A stretch of DNA of 64,000 nt, from NCBI GenBank assembly GCA_001793235.1, contig MGHM01000004.1, positions 34,467 to 98,466 of the forward strand, given 5' to 3'. Shown piece after piece: positions 12,845 through 23,135 of the stretch. A program made the translations under genes and the position numbers. Every line of letters begins with the position of its first letter. Positions within the stretch are counted from its first letter, which is position 1. The notes beneath the pieces were generated by a model. It saw only the letters and a list, made by a program, of their open reading frames with translations. It was not told where the DNA came from and did not search any database. This DNA is from Candidatus Woesebacteria bacterium RIFCSPLOWO2_01_FULL_44_24b (GTDB lineage Bacteria > Patescibacteriota > Microgenomatia > UBA8517).

Positions 12845-15434
12845 CGAGTTCGAATCAAAAATACCAGTCTATAAAATCTCTGCCCAAAAGCAGCTTAATC
12901 GCCAAGTCCCTCCTGCAGCACACACTCCAATGTACATCTGGCATAAGTATTGGTCCAGAAAAACCTGGAATGTCATTGCTGAATTTGTAAAAACATATTG
13001 CCCTGAAAATGGAATCGTTTTTGATCCCTTTGCTGGTAGTGGGATAGTTGCAATGGAAGCTTTAAAAAATAAAAGACGGGCAATAGTCGCAGATATTTCC
13101 CCAATTGCTACAGAAATTACAAGGCTTACCATCAAGCCTGTTTCGGTTGAAAAGCTCCACGAAGTTTATAAAACAGTAGAAGGCAAAGTAAAAGACAAGA
13201 TTCTAGATTTATACAAAACAAAGTGTAGAAAATGTGGCAATGAATTCCCGTTGACTTGTGCTATATGGAAACAAAAAAGGCAGTCTTCTGACAAGCCCAT
13301 CTCGCGAGAGTGTATAGATATCCGGTATAAAGCATGCCCTAAATGTGGTGATAGAAAGGAAAAAGACAATCCTCCAAATTCCTTTGACTTTGAAAAACTA
13401 AAACAGATTGACGAGATGGAAATAAAAGAATGGTACCCAAAAAACAGGCTATATCACATTAACGGTAAACCATTCATGAAAAAAGAAAAATACGAATCTG
13501 TAGATGAATTATTTACTAAAAGAAATCTTCAGGCTCTTGCGTGGCTGATGGAAGCCATAGAGGAGGAAACAAATAGAGATTTAAGAGACTTTTTGAAGAT
13601 TGCTTTTACTTCAATGGTCCATTTATGTACGACCATGTGCCCAATATCTGAGGGGGGTCATTTCACTCCTTATAGTTCGGCCTGGACCCAACAAAGTTAT
13701 TGGTTCCCATCCGGGCCGTTCATGGAACAAAATGTTTGGCTTAAATTTGAAGGTTCAATGATTGGCAATCAAGGTTTGCTCAACGGAAAGAATGAGAGTA
13801 ATAAGTACTTTAAAGATGTAAAATTCGCTCAATCTTTTGAAGAAGTTGTGAATGGTGAAGCTGACATTTTTATCTACACTGGTTCGTCTTTTGATCTTAT
13901 TAAGCAAATGCGTAATGTATCTGGCAATTCTGGATGCGCGGATTATATTTTTACTGACCCACCATACGATTCTTCAATCCAATATGGGGAACTTGCCTAC
14001 ATGTGGATTTCCTGGCTTAAAAAAGATGAAGGGTACCTTGAAAAGATAGCGACAGATGAAGTTATACACAACAAACAGCAAGAAAAAAGTTTCGACACCT
14101 ACCATTCCTTACTTTCTAGGAGCTTTGAAGAAATGTATTCAGTTTTGAAACCAGATGCCTATTTGACTGTCACATTTCATAACCCTACATTTAAAGTCAG
14201 AAACGCGACAATTCGGGCAGGGGTTATTGCAGGCTTTGAACTGCAAAAAATCCACCATCAGGAATTGGCACGAGCCTCTGCAAAATCGCTTTTACAACCA
14301 TTTGGTTCCGCGCAAGGTGACTTTTACTTGCGATTTTTCAAGCCTCCACAGGACGAAAAATCGATAGAGCCTGAAGCAATAGATGAAGCTAGATTTGAAA
14401 AAATAGTAATAGACACAGCAACTCAAATTATTGCTGAGCGCGGCGAGCCCACACCGTATACAATTCTCATTAATGCGATTGACCCGGAACTTGCTAAAAG
14501 AGGATTTTTCTCTGAGCTAAAAACAGGATTAAACATTAATACTGTTCTTGAGTCGCGTTTAAACAACGAATTCACTCTAGTTAAAGCAAAATTAGGTGGA
14601 GCTGAGGGTGACCTTTGGTGGTTTAGTAATCCGTCAAATATTTCTCATCTTGAAAAAATACCCCTAAGCGAGCGCGTTGAACAAACAGTTTTGCGATTTC
14701 TTCAAAAGCAGGGAAGGTCTACTTTTACTGAAGTGTGGGATGCTGTTAGTAGAGAGTTTCCTAACTCACTCACTTCAGACCAAATGAGCATTAAAGATGC
14801 ACTCAAAGCTTACGCGAAGCCTATCTCTGGAGGCAACTGGCTCATCAAACCAAATTCCAAACAAGGAGAGATAGAGCGAGACCACACAATTATTATTGCC
14901 ACACTTGCCAAAATTGGAAAATCTCAAGGATATGATATATGGATTGGAAAAGTTGAGCAGTCTCACATAATTCCTGAGTCTATGAACGGAGGGAAAAAGT
15001 TAGGAGAACTTGTAACATACAAAAATATTAGATCACTTACAAACATACAAAACCCTGATACAGTAGAAGATATTGACTTACTTTGGATAAAAGATGACCA
15101 AATCGTTTGTGCATTCGAAATTGAATCTACTACTTCTATGACAAGTGGATTGCAAAGAGGGTCAAATATTGATAGTTCTGTACCAAAATTTCTAGTAATG
15201 CCTGAAGAAAGAGAGTCGCAATTATTTCAAAAAATGAAATCTCCGATGTTTATCGAACGCTTTCAAAACGACAGTTGGAAAGTTATATACTTTGGTGCTT
15301 TAACAGAAGAGTATATGAAGTCGAAAGGGAAAACTAATATATTTAAGTTAGAGAACAAAAAGGTCGTAGATAAGATGTCTCAAAAAACTTCTAAAAATCA
15401 ACTTGATTTGTTCAATAATAAGTTGAAAAGTTAG
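12834..15434 (+). CDS. Amino (probably N6-adenine) DNA methyltransferase fused to a putative C-terminal PD-(D/E)XK-like nuclease; type IIG-like single-chain RM enzyme
   Basis: HKYWSRK, FDPFAGSG (motif I), CxxC..CxxC insert, TDPPY (motif IV), C-terminal DIDLLW...FEIESTTS. AT-richer than the flanks. Confidence 0.82.
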   Translation: MTPDEFESKIPVYKISAQKQLNRQVPPAAHTPMYIWHKYWSRKTWNVIAEFVKTYCPENGIVFDPFAGSGIVAMEALKNKRRAIVADISPIATEITRLTIKPVSVEKLHEVYKTVEGKVKDKILDLYKTKCRKCGNEFPLTCAIWKQKRQSSDKPISRECIDIRYKACPKCGDRKEKDNPPNSFDFEKLKQIDEMEIKEWYPKNRLYHINGKPFMKKEKYESVDELFTKRNLQALAWLMEAIEEETNRDLRDFLKIAFTSMVHLCTTMCPISEGGHFTPYSSAWTQQSYWFPSGPFMEQNVWLKFEGSMIGNQGLLNGKNESNKYFKDVKFAQSFEEVVNGEADIFIYTGSSFDLIKQMRNVSGNSGCADYIFTDPPYDSSIQYGELAYMWISWLKKDEGYLEKIATDEVIHNKQQEKSFDTYHSLLSRSFEEMYSVLKPDAYLTVTFHNPTFKVRNATIRAGVIAGFELQKIHHQELARASAKSLLQPFGSAQGDFYLRFFKPPQDEKSIEPEAIDEARFEKIVIDTATQIIAERGEPTPYTILINAIDPELAKRGFFSELKTGLNINTVLESRLNNEFTLVKAKLGGAEGDLWWFSNPSNISHLEKIPLSERVEQTVLRFLQKQGRSTFTEVWDAVSREFPNSLTSDQMSIKDALKAYAKPISGGNWLIKPNSKQGEIERDHTIIIATLAKIGKSQGYDIWIGKVEQSHIIPESMNGGKKLGELVTYKNIRSLTNIQNPDTVEDIDLLWIKDDQIVCAFEIESTTSMTSGLQRGSNIDSSVPKFLVMPEERESQLFQKMKSPMFIERFQNDSWKVIYFGALTEEYMKSKGKTNIFKLENKKVVDKMSQKTSKNQLDLFNNKLKS

Positions 15435-16690
15435 GCTTCCCTAATCGCTTTACTTACAAGTTTATGATGGTAGCTTCTCGCAAAGCGGTGGGCTTCATCG
15501 CGCAGTCTTTGAACCAGTTTTTTTGCCGGACTTTCAGGGAGCTCAAACTCATGAAATTCGCCTTGGGTTTTCAAAATTAAAGTCTCCTCACGCTTGGCTA
15601 AGCCAACTACCGGCACTTCGTTGATCACCTCAAGTGCCGCCGAGAGCTGACCTTTACCACCGTCGACTATTATTAAATCCGGTTTTCCCCATGTTTCAAA
15701 CCTGTGTTTCCTTTTAATTAGTACAGATTTTAAAGACCCTACATCATCACTTTTCTTTTTGTCTGAAACTTTATAGTGCCTGTAAAGAGTCTTATCCGGC
15801 TCCCCGTCAATAAAAGTCACCATGGATGCCGTGGGATAAGTGCCTGCCAAGTGGGCCACGTCAAAACATTCGATTCTGTTTAGGTTTTTTATTTCGAAAA
15901 ATTGTACCAAAATCTTTTTTAAACTTATGAGCTCGTTCTCTCTAATATCCTCCAATAGGTTCGGGTTTTCAATATAGCCATCGTCAAGCTCCTCACGGGT
16001 GGTCGTGTAGCTTAGGGCTTCAAGTTTTCTTTTGACATGAGCAGCCTCTTCAAATTTTTCGAGTTTTGAATAATTTGTCATTTCAAGCTCTAACTGATTC
16101 ATTATTAACTTGGATTTACCGGCTAAAATTGCGTTAACCCTTCGCACATTGAGCAAATAGTCTTTTCTTAGTTCCGGATTTTTAACAACCTCGCTTGGGC
16201 ATGGATTGCAAAGCCCGATTTGACTGTAGACACACGGGCGTTTGCCGGGCTTGTGAGTACTGAACGGAAAAATTCTTCGCACAAGTTTTAATACCCGCTT
16301 GGGTGCATTACCGTTTATAAAAGGCCCATAAACATGTTTTAGCTTTTGCTTAGTTAACTCCCTTTGGCGCAAAAGTATTATGCGTGGTAACTCATCAGGA
16401 GTAATTCCAATATAGAGCGAGCTTTTGTCATCCCTCAGAGCAAAATTATATTTCGGCTCATATTTACGGACTAACTTAGCTTCAAGTAAAAGCGCCTCAA
16501 ATTCGGAGGAAACAGGAATGTAATTTAGGAATTTTGCCGTGCTCACCATCTTGGCGGTTTTCGGTGCTAGTCCGCCAGCAAAATAAGAACGAACACGGTT
16601 TTTCAGGTTTTTGGCCTTGCCTACATAAATTACCCGCCTGTGGGCATCGCGAAAAAGATAAACACCGGACAGCTCCGGAGGTAGCTTCAT
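15431..16690 (-). CDS. uvrC: Excinuclease ABC subunit C, short form without the C-terminal HhH
   Basis: GVYLF..YVGKAKNLKNRVRSYF GIY-YIG, RIECFDVAH, PDLIIVDGGKGQL, RLRDEAHRFA. Confidence 0.92.
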   Translation of the reverse strand: MKLPPELSGVYLFRDAHRRVIYVGKAKNLKNRVRSYFAGGLAPKTAKMVSTAKFLNYIPVSSEFEALLLEAKLVRKYEPKYNFALRDDKSSLYIGITPDELPRIILLRQRELTKQKLKHVYGPFINGNAPKRVLKLVRRIFPFSTHKPGKRPCVYSQIGLCNPCPSEVVKNPELRKDYLLNVRRVNAILAGKSKLIMNQLELEMTNYSKLEKFEEAAHVKRKLEALSYTTTREELDDGYIENPNLLEDIRENELISLKKILVQFFEIKNLNRIECFDVAHLAGTYPTASMVTFIDGEPDKTLYRHYKVSDKKKSDDVGSLKSVLIKRKHRFETWGKPDLIIVDGGKGQLSAALEVINEVPVVGLAKREETLILKTQGEFHEFELPESPAKKLVQRLRDEAHRFARSYHHKLVSKAIREA

Positions 16691-18453
16691 TTTCTTCTCC
16701 TTATATAAATAACGACACCCGCTACACAAAAAACAACAGTTAAGCTGATTGCAATAACGTCCCTAGCTAGAGCAGGGTTTTTGTTGGTGGCAAACTCCTC
16801 GCGTGCATTTCCGACGTAAAGCTCGGCCGTTTCTGGCATCGAACTTCCCAAAAAGCCATAGGGGACAGTAAACTCAAGAATTCTTTTTTCATAAGGTAAA
16901 AGAGTTGTGAGATTGCTTTCATATTTTTTTGCACTGTCAAAAAAAAGTTCCACCTTCTGGTCATACAAGGCCGCGGGCCCGGGATTTTCAATTTCAGCCA
17001 CAAGCACCAGTCCTTGAAAAGGTAGGCTCCCCCGCTGTGAGATTGAGATTGCCGGAATCGAGCTTGTATTTTGAGGCAACTCTCCCAGAGCAACGAATAC
17101 ATCCTTTTGAGGGTTAGCTCCCAATTTGTACGAGCCGGGGGGGATGGGGAGCTCGGGGCTCACGCCATGCATAACAAAGTTTATGTGCCGCATGTCGAGC
17201 TTTGTGAAATAGTCAACTCCGCCGGTTGTCTTGCCCCAAGTCGGGTCTACCGGTACCCAGAGGTCACGCTCGCTATCCCAATATTCGGGCCACGCATGAA
17301 GCACATCGGCAACAAGGGCTAAAGGTCTTAAACTCGTGTTGTCTGTATATGCATAACCATTCACTTCGCGGGCCGGTATTCCCTTCGCGCGCGCAAGAGC
17401 AATAAAAAGGTCAGTGAATTCGGTGCAAATCGATTCGGCAGGGTTTTCGAGCGCCGACAGAGCCCCTAACCTTTTGCTCCCCGTAGTGACTTTCTCATAG
17501 TTATAATTCAAGGTATTGACGACGTAATCATAAATTTCTTTCGGACTAGCCAAGCCATTGGCAATTTCTACAACCTTTGGATCTTCTACTTGCCAATATA
17601 CACTTCCTTCAAGAGGGCTGTTTGATGCAAATTGCCTCCATGGAGACGCGAAAACCTGTACTACACCGATTGCGCGAACGTCGAGTCTCTCGCGTGCGTG
17701 AAGATTATAAACCGCGAGCCAATTGCCGTCAGGGTCCACTAATATGTTATCCGGTTTGGGGCTAACAGACTGATAGAAAATTTTTTGAAAAGAAGTATCC
17801 GGAGGGAGCGCAACTTCCATTTCAGTCGGAAGTGCCAGGGGGTTTTGAAGATGGTAGGTAAGATCAAAAGAGAATACCTGAAATTTACCAAACGCAGCAC
17901 TTACGCCCAAAGTAACAACTGCCTTATCAAAATAATAAGTCGTAAATCCCCCCGTACCAAGTTCATTGTCAGGAGGCGGCGACATGTATGAATGCGCACC
18001 AAAACTGTTCGGAACCTTAAGCCTGATTAAGTAAGTATCGAATGTTTCTGTCGCGAGCTTGGGTATTGAAACTTCAGTTACATCTCCGGAAACTCTGACC
18101 ACAGACGCATCCAAATACTCTATCGTAAAATTTTGCGAATTACCCTCTCCCACAATAGACTCGTCAAAAAGAACTTTAAGTTTTACTACATCACCTTTAG
18201 TGAGCTCGACCTCGAGTTCCCCATCTTCGGTAAAGGCACGCGCCTGACTAACTTCGGCGCCCTTCAAAGAAAGAGTGAAATCTGTAGCATGGACCTCGGT
18301 TGTTGCATTGGTAATGGAAATTTCCTGAGTGACTTTGGTTGCACTTCCGTCAACTTCATAAGTGGCCTCACCCGAAACCAAAAAGTCATCAGTGGCATAT
18401 GCAATTTTTGGGGATAGTATCAGTAAAAAAAATACAGCAATAAATTTCTTCAT
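16687..18453 (-). CDS. Membrane-anchored transglutaminase-like domain protein
   Basis: Signal peptide; CTEF..LF.AL.RAKGIPAR, HAWPE and VDPTW catalytic triad; C-terminal TM. Confidence 0.9.
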   Translation of the reverse strand: MKKFIAVFFLLILSPKIAYATDDFLVSGEATYEVDGSATKVTQEISITNATTEVHATDFTLSLKGAEVSQARAFTEDGELEVELTKGDVVKLKVLFDESIVGEGNSQNFTIEYLDASVVRVSGDVTEVSIPKLATETFDTYLIRLKVPNSFGAHSYMSPPPDNELGTGGFTTYYFDKAVVTLGVSAAFGKFQVFSFDLTYHLQNPLALPTEMEVALPPDTSFQKIFYQSVSPKPDNILVDPDGNWLAVYNLHARERLDVRAIGVVQVFASPWRQFASNSPLEGSVYWQVEDPKVVEIANGLASPKEIYDYVVNTLNYNYEKVTTGSKRLGALSALENPAESICTEFTDLFIALARAKGIPAREVNGYAYTDNTSLRPLALVADVLHAWPEYWDSERDLWVPVDPTWGKTTGGVDYFTKLDMRHINFVMHGVSPELPIPPGSYKLGANPQKDVFVALGELPQNTSSIPAISISQRGSLPFQGLVLVAEIENPGPAALYDQKVELFFDSAKKYESNLTTLLPYEKRILEFTVPYGFLGSSMPETAELYVGNAREEFATNKNPALARDVIAISLTVVFCVAGVVIYIRRRK

Positions 18454-18464
18454 GGCCTAGTTTA

Positions 18465-21365
18465 CTACAAAGTGTGCTCGAGAAACTTTCCGGTGTGTGT
18501 TTTTGCATTTTTAATTTCATTTGGCTCCCCCTCAGCGACTACTCGCCCGCCAAGCTCCCCACCTTCGGGGCCCAGTTCAATTAGCCAATCAGCATTTTTA
18601 ATGACATCTAAGTTGTGCTCTATGACAATTACCGTGTTGCCACGCTCGACCAGAATCTTCAAGACCGCAACCAACTTTTCCAGATCTGCAAAATGAAGAC
18701 CGGTCGTTGGCTCGTCCAAAATATAAACCGTTTTTCCTGTAGCTTTTTTAGATAACTCAGTCGCAAGTTTAACTCGCTGGGCCTCGCCTCCCGAGAGAGT
18801 CGTTGCTGCTTGCCCAAGCTCCATGTAGTCAAGCCCGACGGCCTTCAAGGTCTCAAGCTTTGCAACTATATTTTTATAAACATGGAAAAACTCAAGTGCT
18901 TCCTCAACAGTCATTGCAAGAACCTCGGCTATACTTTTTCCTTTATATGTCACTTCCAAGGTCTGACTACCGTAGCGCGCACCGTGGCAAACTTCACAAT
19001 CAACCCAAATGTCCGGCATAAACTGCATCTCAATTTTGATTTTGCCCTGGCCTTCACAGACTTCGCAGCGCCCACCTTTGACGTTAAAGCTGAATCTGCC
19101 TTTTTTAAAGCCCAAGGTTTTGGCTTCACGAGTAAGCGCAAATACATCGCGAATTAAATCAAACACTTTTGTATAAGTCGCGGGGTTACTTCTCGGGGTT
19201 CGCCCAATTGGCGCCTGATCAATAAGGACCACTTTATCTATTAATTCATCCCCTTCAATTCGTGTAAATTCACCCGCCTGCTCCCTGTGATATTTATTAA
19301 GAGATTTAGCGAGGGCGTGGTAAAGGGTCTCAACCACAAGGGTTGACTTGCCGGATCCAGAAACTCCAGTCACCGCTATGAACTTGCCCAAGGGGAAATG
19401 TACATCTATATTTTTAAGATTAAACTGACTTGCACCAAAAAGACCTAAGTTTCCGCCTCCGTTTTGGGAAACTTTAGGAAAGCGAATTACGCGCCTTCCA
19501 GATAAATACTTGCCGGTGAGAGACTCACCGCCTTTAATCTCCTCCAGAGTCCCTTGGGCAACCACACCACCACCGTGTTTACCAGCTCCCGGGCCAAAGT
19601 CAAAAACATAGTCGGCAGAGCTTATTACATCACGGTCATGCTCCACCACCACAACGGTATTCCCCAAATCTCTGAGCTTTTTTAATGTAGCAATCAAAAG
19701 TTCGTTATCCCGGGGATGAAGGCCAATAGTGGGCTCATCCAAGACATACAAAACTCCCGTAAGGCCTGAGCCAATTTGGCTGGCCAGGCGTATGCGAGCA
19801 GCCTCCCCTCCAGAAAGCGTATTAGCCGCGCGAGAGACAGTCAAATAGTCAAGCCCGACGTTAATGAGAAAATTAAGTCTGGCGATAATTTCTTTGAGTA
19901 CCAGGCCTGCAATCTCACTCTCACGATTTGACAGGATTTTTCCGTCTTTTAGCTCCTTTGCCCAAACCAATGTGTCTTTCACAGCTATATCAGTAACCTC
20001 ACTTATATTCTGGCCATTGATTGTGATACTCAAAGCTTCTTTTTTAAGCCTCGCTCCGTGGCAGTCCTCACAAACTACCTCGGTCATGTATTTTTCAATG
20101 CCACTTTTAATGTAGTCCGAGTCACTTGTGTGGTAGCGCCGCTCAAGCTCAGTCAAAACCCCCGGCCAGGCTTCAGTTATATAAGTCATCCTGCCAAAAC
20201 GATTTGTGCCCTCTACCCGGTAAGTCTTGCCACTCGTTCCTTCCAACAAAATCTTTTTCTGATCTGGAGTATATTTTTTAATTGCCATATCCGGGTCAAT
20301 GCCGTTTTCCTGTAGTGCCGCCAAAATGAGTCTCGAAAGCCAAGTATCGTGTTCAAAAGTGGAAGCATACGGAATTACACCGCCTTCAAGCACAGAAAGC
20401 TCAGGCGCAAGTACGCGAGCTGGATCCACTTTCAAGATTCTCCCCAGCCCTGCGCAAGTTGGGCAAGCTCCATGGGGAGAGTTGAAAGAGAAAGTTCTTG
20501 GCTCAAGCTCGGGAAGGCTGATGTTATCAACTGGACAAGCAAATTTTTCTGAAAAAAGGTGGTCCTCAAAAACTTTTGGGTATTCCGGCATTTCGAAGCC
20601 GCTATCAAATATCTTACTCACGACCGCCGAGCCATCCGAAAGCTTGAGAGCCTGCTCGATGCCGTCATTAACACGAGTGCTAAGGCTTTTGACAAATAGC
20701 TCATCTTTTAAGTCATTTGTCGAAGCTGAAATTCTGTCGATCACCACATCTATCGAGTGCTTATTGGTTTTGATTAACACGAAATCTTCATCCAAATCGT
20801 GAATTTCTCCATCTAACCGGACACGCCTGTAACCTTTGGACTTCAAGTTTGCAAAAAGCGCACTGAATTCCCCTTTTCTGTCTTTGATAATGGGAGCAAA
20901 GATCATAAACCTGGCTTGTTTTCCTGCCCCTCCCATAATTAAATCCATCACAGCACCTGCTATTTGCTCAGTAGTCTGGCTTGAAATTTCACGGCCACAA
21001 ATCGGGCAATGCGGGTGACCCGCTCGCGCCCAGAGTAGCCGCAGATAGTCATAAATCTCAGTAACCGTTCCAACTGTCGAGCGCGGATTGTGAGAAGTAG
21101 TTTTTTGGTCAATGGAGATGGCGGGCGAGAGCCCTTCAATCAAGTCAACATCAGGTTTGCCCATAATCCCCAAAAATTGCCTGGCATAAGTGGACAGGGA
21201 CTCAACGTAGCGTCTTTGCCCTTCGGCGTAAATCGTGTCAAAAGCTAAGGAACTTTTGCCACTACCCGAGACTCCAGTAAAAACAACCAGCTTGTTTTTG
21301 GGAATATCAATATCAATATTTTTGAGGTTATGCTGTCTAGCCCCCCGGACTTTAATATAATCCAT
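18465..21365 (-). CDS. uvrA: Excinuclease ABC subunit A
   Basis: GARQHNLKN, two GVSGSGKS P-loops, zinc fingers, LSGGE signatures. Confidence 0.98.
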   Translation of the reverse strand: MDYIKVRGARQHNLKNIDIDIPKNKLVVFTGVSGSGKSSLAFDTIYAEGQRRYVESLSTYARQFLGIMGKPDVDLIEGLSPAISIDQKTTSHNPRSTVGTVTEIYDYLRLLWARAGHPHCPICGREISSQTTEQIAGAVMDLIMGGAGKQARFMIFAPIIKDRKGEFSALFANLKSKGYRRVRLDGEIHDLDEDFVLIKTNKHSIDVVIDRISASTNDLKDELFVKSLSTRVNDGIEQALKLSDGSAVVSKIFDSGFEMPEYPKVFEDHLFSEKFACPVDNISLPELEPRTFSFNSPHGACPTCAGLGRILKVDPARVLAPELSVLEGGVIPYASTFEHDTWLSRLILAALQENGIDPDMAIKKYTPDQKKILLEGTSGKTYRVEGTNRFGRMTYITEAWPGVLTELERRYHTSDSDYIKSGIEKYMTEVVCEDCHGARLKKEALSITINGQNISEVTDIAVKDTLVWAKELKDGKILSNRESEIAGLVLKEIIARLNFLINVGLDYLTVSRAANTLSGGEAARIRLASQIGSGLTGVLYVLDEPTIGLHPRDNELLIATLKKLRDLGNTVVVVEHDRDVISSADYVFDFGPGAGKHGGGVVAQGTLEEIKGGESLTGKYLSGRRVIRFPKVSQNGGGNLGLFGASQFNLKNIDVHFPLGKFIAVTGVSGSGKSTLVVETLYHALAKSLNKYHREQAGEFTRIEGDELIDKVVLIDQAPIGRTPRSNPATYTKVFDLIRDVFALTREAKTLGFKKGRFSFNVKGGRCEVCEGQGKIKIEMQFMPDIWVDCEVCHGARYGSQTLEVTYKGKSIAEVLAMTVEEALEFFHVYKNIVAKLETLKAVGLDYMELGQAATTLSGGEAQRVKLATELSKKATGKTVYILDEPTTGLHFADLEKLVAVLKILVERGNTVIVIEHNLDVIKNADWLIELGPEGGELGGRVVAEGEPNEIKNAKTHTGKFLEHTL

Positions 21366-21391
21366 ACGACCTATCATTATACCAGATATTT

Positions 21392-21410
21392 GTTCGGGTT
21401 TTGTAAGTAG
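21392..21410. promoter_or_regulatory. Candidate LexA operator upstream of uvrA
   Basis: GTTCGGGTTTTGTAAGTAG; 16/19 identical to the site at 25179. Confidence 0.65.
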
Positions 21411-21425
21411 GTTGATTCGAATAAT

Positions 21426-21728
21426 CTAACTTGAAGCAAAGGATTTTTCGAGTTTATTCACTTTTTCCCGCAATTCTTCAAACTCCTCCCTTGAGACTGA
21501 TGTAGACTTTATCAGCTTTATTTTTCCATTAACAATTCTGTCGTTAACAGTAATCTTTTCATCTAAATCTTTCACCTGATCGCTTAAACCATCCACTTTC
21601 TTTTCTAGTTTATCAAGCCTGGCATTGCTTTCATCAAACATTTTTTGCATACCGGAAAGTATTGTGTCTACGGCTTCCATTAGCATAACTTCATTAACTA
21701 ACTTAGAGTCTCCATTTCCTTTTGGCAT
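21426..21728 (-). CDS. Small coiled-coil hypothetical protein
   Basis: Heptad-rich 100-aa ORF with TGATATACT 9 nt before the ATG. Confidence 0.7.
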   Translation of the reverse strand: MPKGNGDSKLVNEVMLMEAVDTILSGMQKMFDESNARLDKLEKKVDGLSDQVKDLDEKITVNDRIVNGKIKLIKSTSVSREEFEELREKVNKLEKSFASS

Positions 21729-21743
21729 TTGAAAATCAGTATA

Positions 21744-21794
21744 TCATAATTCCAACTCCCTAACTTTATCCCTAATCTCAATTGCCAGCTCAAA
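21744..21794 (-). pseudogene. Displaced remnant of the uvrB 3' end (FELAIEIRDKVRELEL*)
   Basis: Translates to the same last 15 aa as uvrB (23135-23179); 37/45 nt identical and all differences synonymous. Confidence 0.88.
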
Positions 21795-21809
21795 AACTCA
21801 TAACAATTT

Positions 21810-23135
21810 TTATTCTTCATCCAGGAGGCCCCATCTGCTCAGAACTTCATTCTTAAGCTGCCTAACTCTCTCGTGACCTATCCCATATCTCTGGCCAATT
21901 TCTTTTAAAGTTGTTTTGCTGGACGCGGCAGATAATTCATAATATTCCACAATAACATTGTAACTTCTTTCGTCAGTTGCTCTAAGATTTTCAAGGGCGT
22001 TATCATTATCAGCAAGATAACTAACCAATCTTCGCCACATTTCCCAGCGCCCAATTGGCAAATCCTCGGGAGGTAACTTTTCACCCACTATAAATCCATT
22101 CCTGAATTCATCCCATTGTATTCTATCTGTCTCAGCTCGTTTTACCCTCTCTAATTTATTCCGAAGTGCTTTAGCCCGATCGACATATCTGCTGGCAACT
22201 ATGTCTGTGAATCCAAGATTCAACAATACTGCGTTTGAGCCATTCTGAACTGAATGATAAGAAATACCAAGTTCTTCTGCTATCTTAACCATTGAATTAG
22301 ATTTAGACGAGAGAAACATAGCGTCGGCAACATCGATTTCTGGGAATTCATATTTTCTTAGTTCTGCTAGAAACAGCTTTTTTTCTGGATCTTTTAAAGC
22401 CTCAACAACAAACTTTCTTTTGTTTTCATGCTCTTCAGTTATTATCCCTTCGTCATAGTACACACTGTTTCTGTCTCTTTGAACTCTTATTTCGATACCC
22501 TTTTCAGACAATATTTTTTTTGCAGCTTGAGAAACATGCGTCGTCATAATAGAAGGGGGGACCTGAATAACCTCTAATTCTGGAGCCTGGTCAAGTATAC
22601 GCTCTAAACTTGACTGACTGAGAAGTGGTGGTTTTGAAATATGAAGTATCCTTGTCTTCCTGTTTATTGCGGCCAAATCTTCAAGCTCTGATACCTGTAA
22701 ATACCCCTTGCTTGCAAGATATCTATCATCAGGTTTGTCACTTTTGTCAATTTTAAGCCTGCTACGACGTCGTGGCTGACTATGAGTGGGACCGAAATCT
22801 TCTTGCGATTCTTCTGCGTGTTCGATGCCAAGTAAGTTCTCAACCTCACGTTTATTAGTTTGAACTTGTTTTCTAACAAATGCCAATATCGTATTGTCTC
22901 CTAAGTCTTTTTGAGGAGTTGTCAATAAGTCAGACAATTTTTGGTCTTGGTCAAGTTCATCCCAAAATGCTTTAATTGACCCATCCGAAGTCACAAAATC
23001 ATAGACTCCTCTAACTGCTTTTAACATAATGTCATTTGCCTCATCGCCAAGTTCCGGTTCCAAAACCCTGCAAAGATTTTGGTAAAACTCAGATTCAGGT
23101 AATTGATAGTTTAAGTTGCGTTCAGTCGATGTCAT
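21810..23135 (-). CDS. Orphan regulator-like protein: DUF1699-like domain plus HTH / sigma-70 region-4-like C-terminus
   Basis: RILHISKPP..PELEVIQVPPS..VSQAAKKILSEKGIEI resembles DUF1699. HTH-like segments SMVKIAEELGISYHSV and TLKEIGQRYGIGHERVRQLKNEVL. Confidence 0.7.
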   Translation of the reverse strand: MTSTERNLNYQLPESEFYQNLCRVLEPELGDEANDIMLKAVRGVYDFVTSDGSIKAFWDELDQDQKLSDLLTTPQKDLGDNTILAFVRKQVQTNKREVENLLGIEHAEESQEDFGPTHSQPRRRSRLKIDKSDKPDDRYLASKGYLQVSELEDLAAINRKTRILHISKPPLLSQSSLERILDQAPELEVIQVPPSIMTTHVSQAAKKILSEKGIEIRVQRDRNSVYYDEGIITEEHENKRKFVVEALKDPEKKLFLAELRKYEFPEIDVADAMFLSSKSNSMVKIAEELGISYHSVQNGSNAVLLNLGFTDIVASRYVDRAKALRNKLERVKRAETDRIQWDEFRNGFIVGEKLPPEDLPIGRWEMWRRLVSYLADNDNALENLRATDERSYNVIVEYYELSAASSKTTLKEIGQRYGIGHERVRQLKNEVLSRWGLLDEE

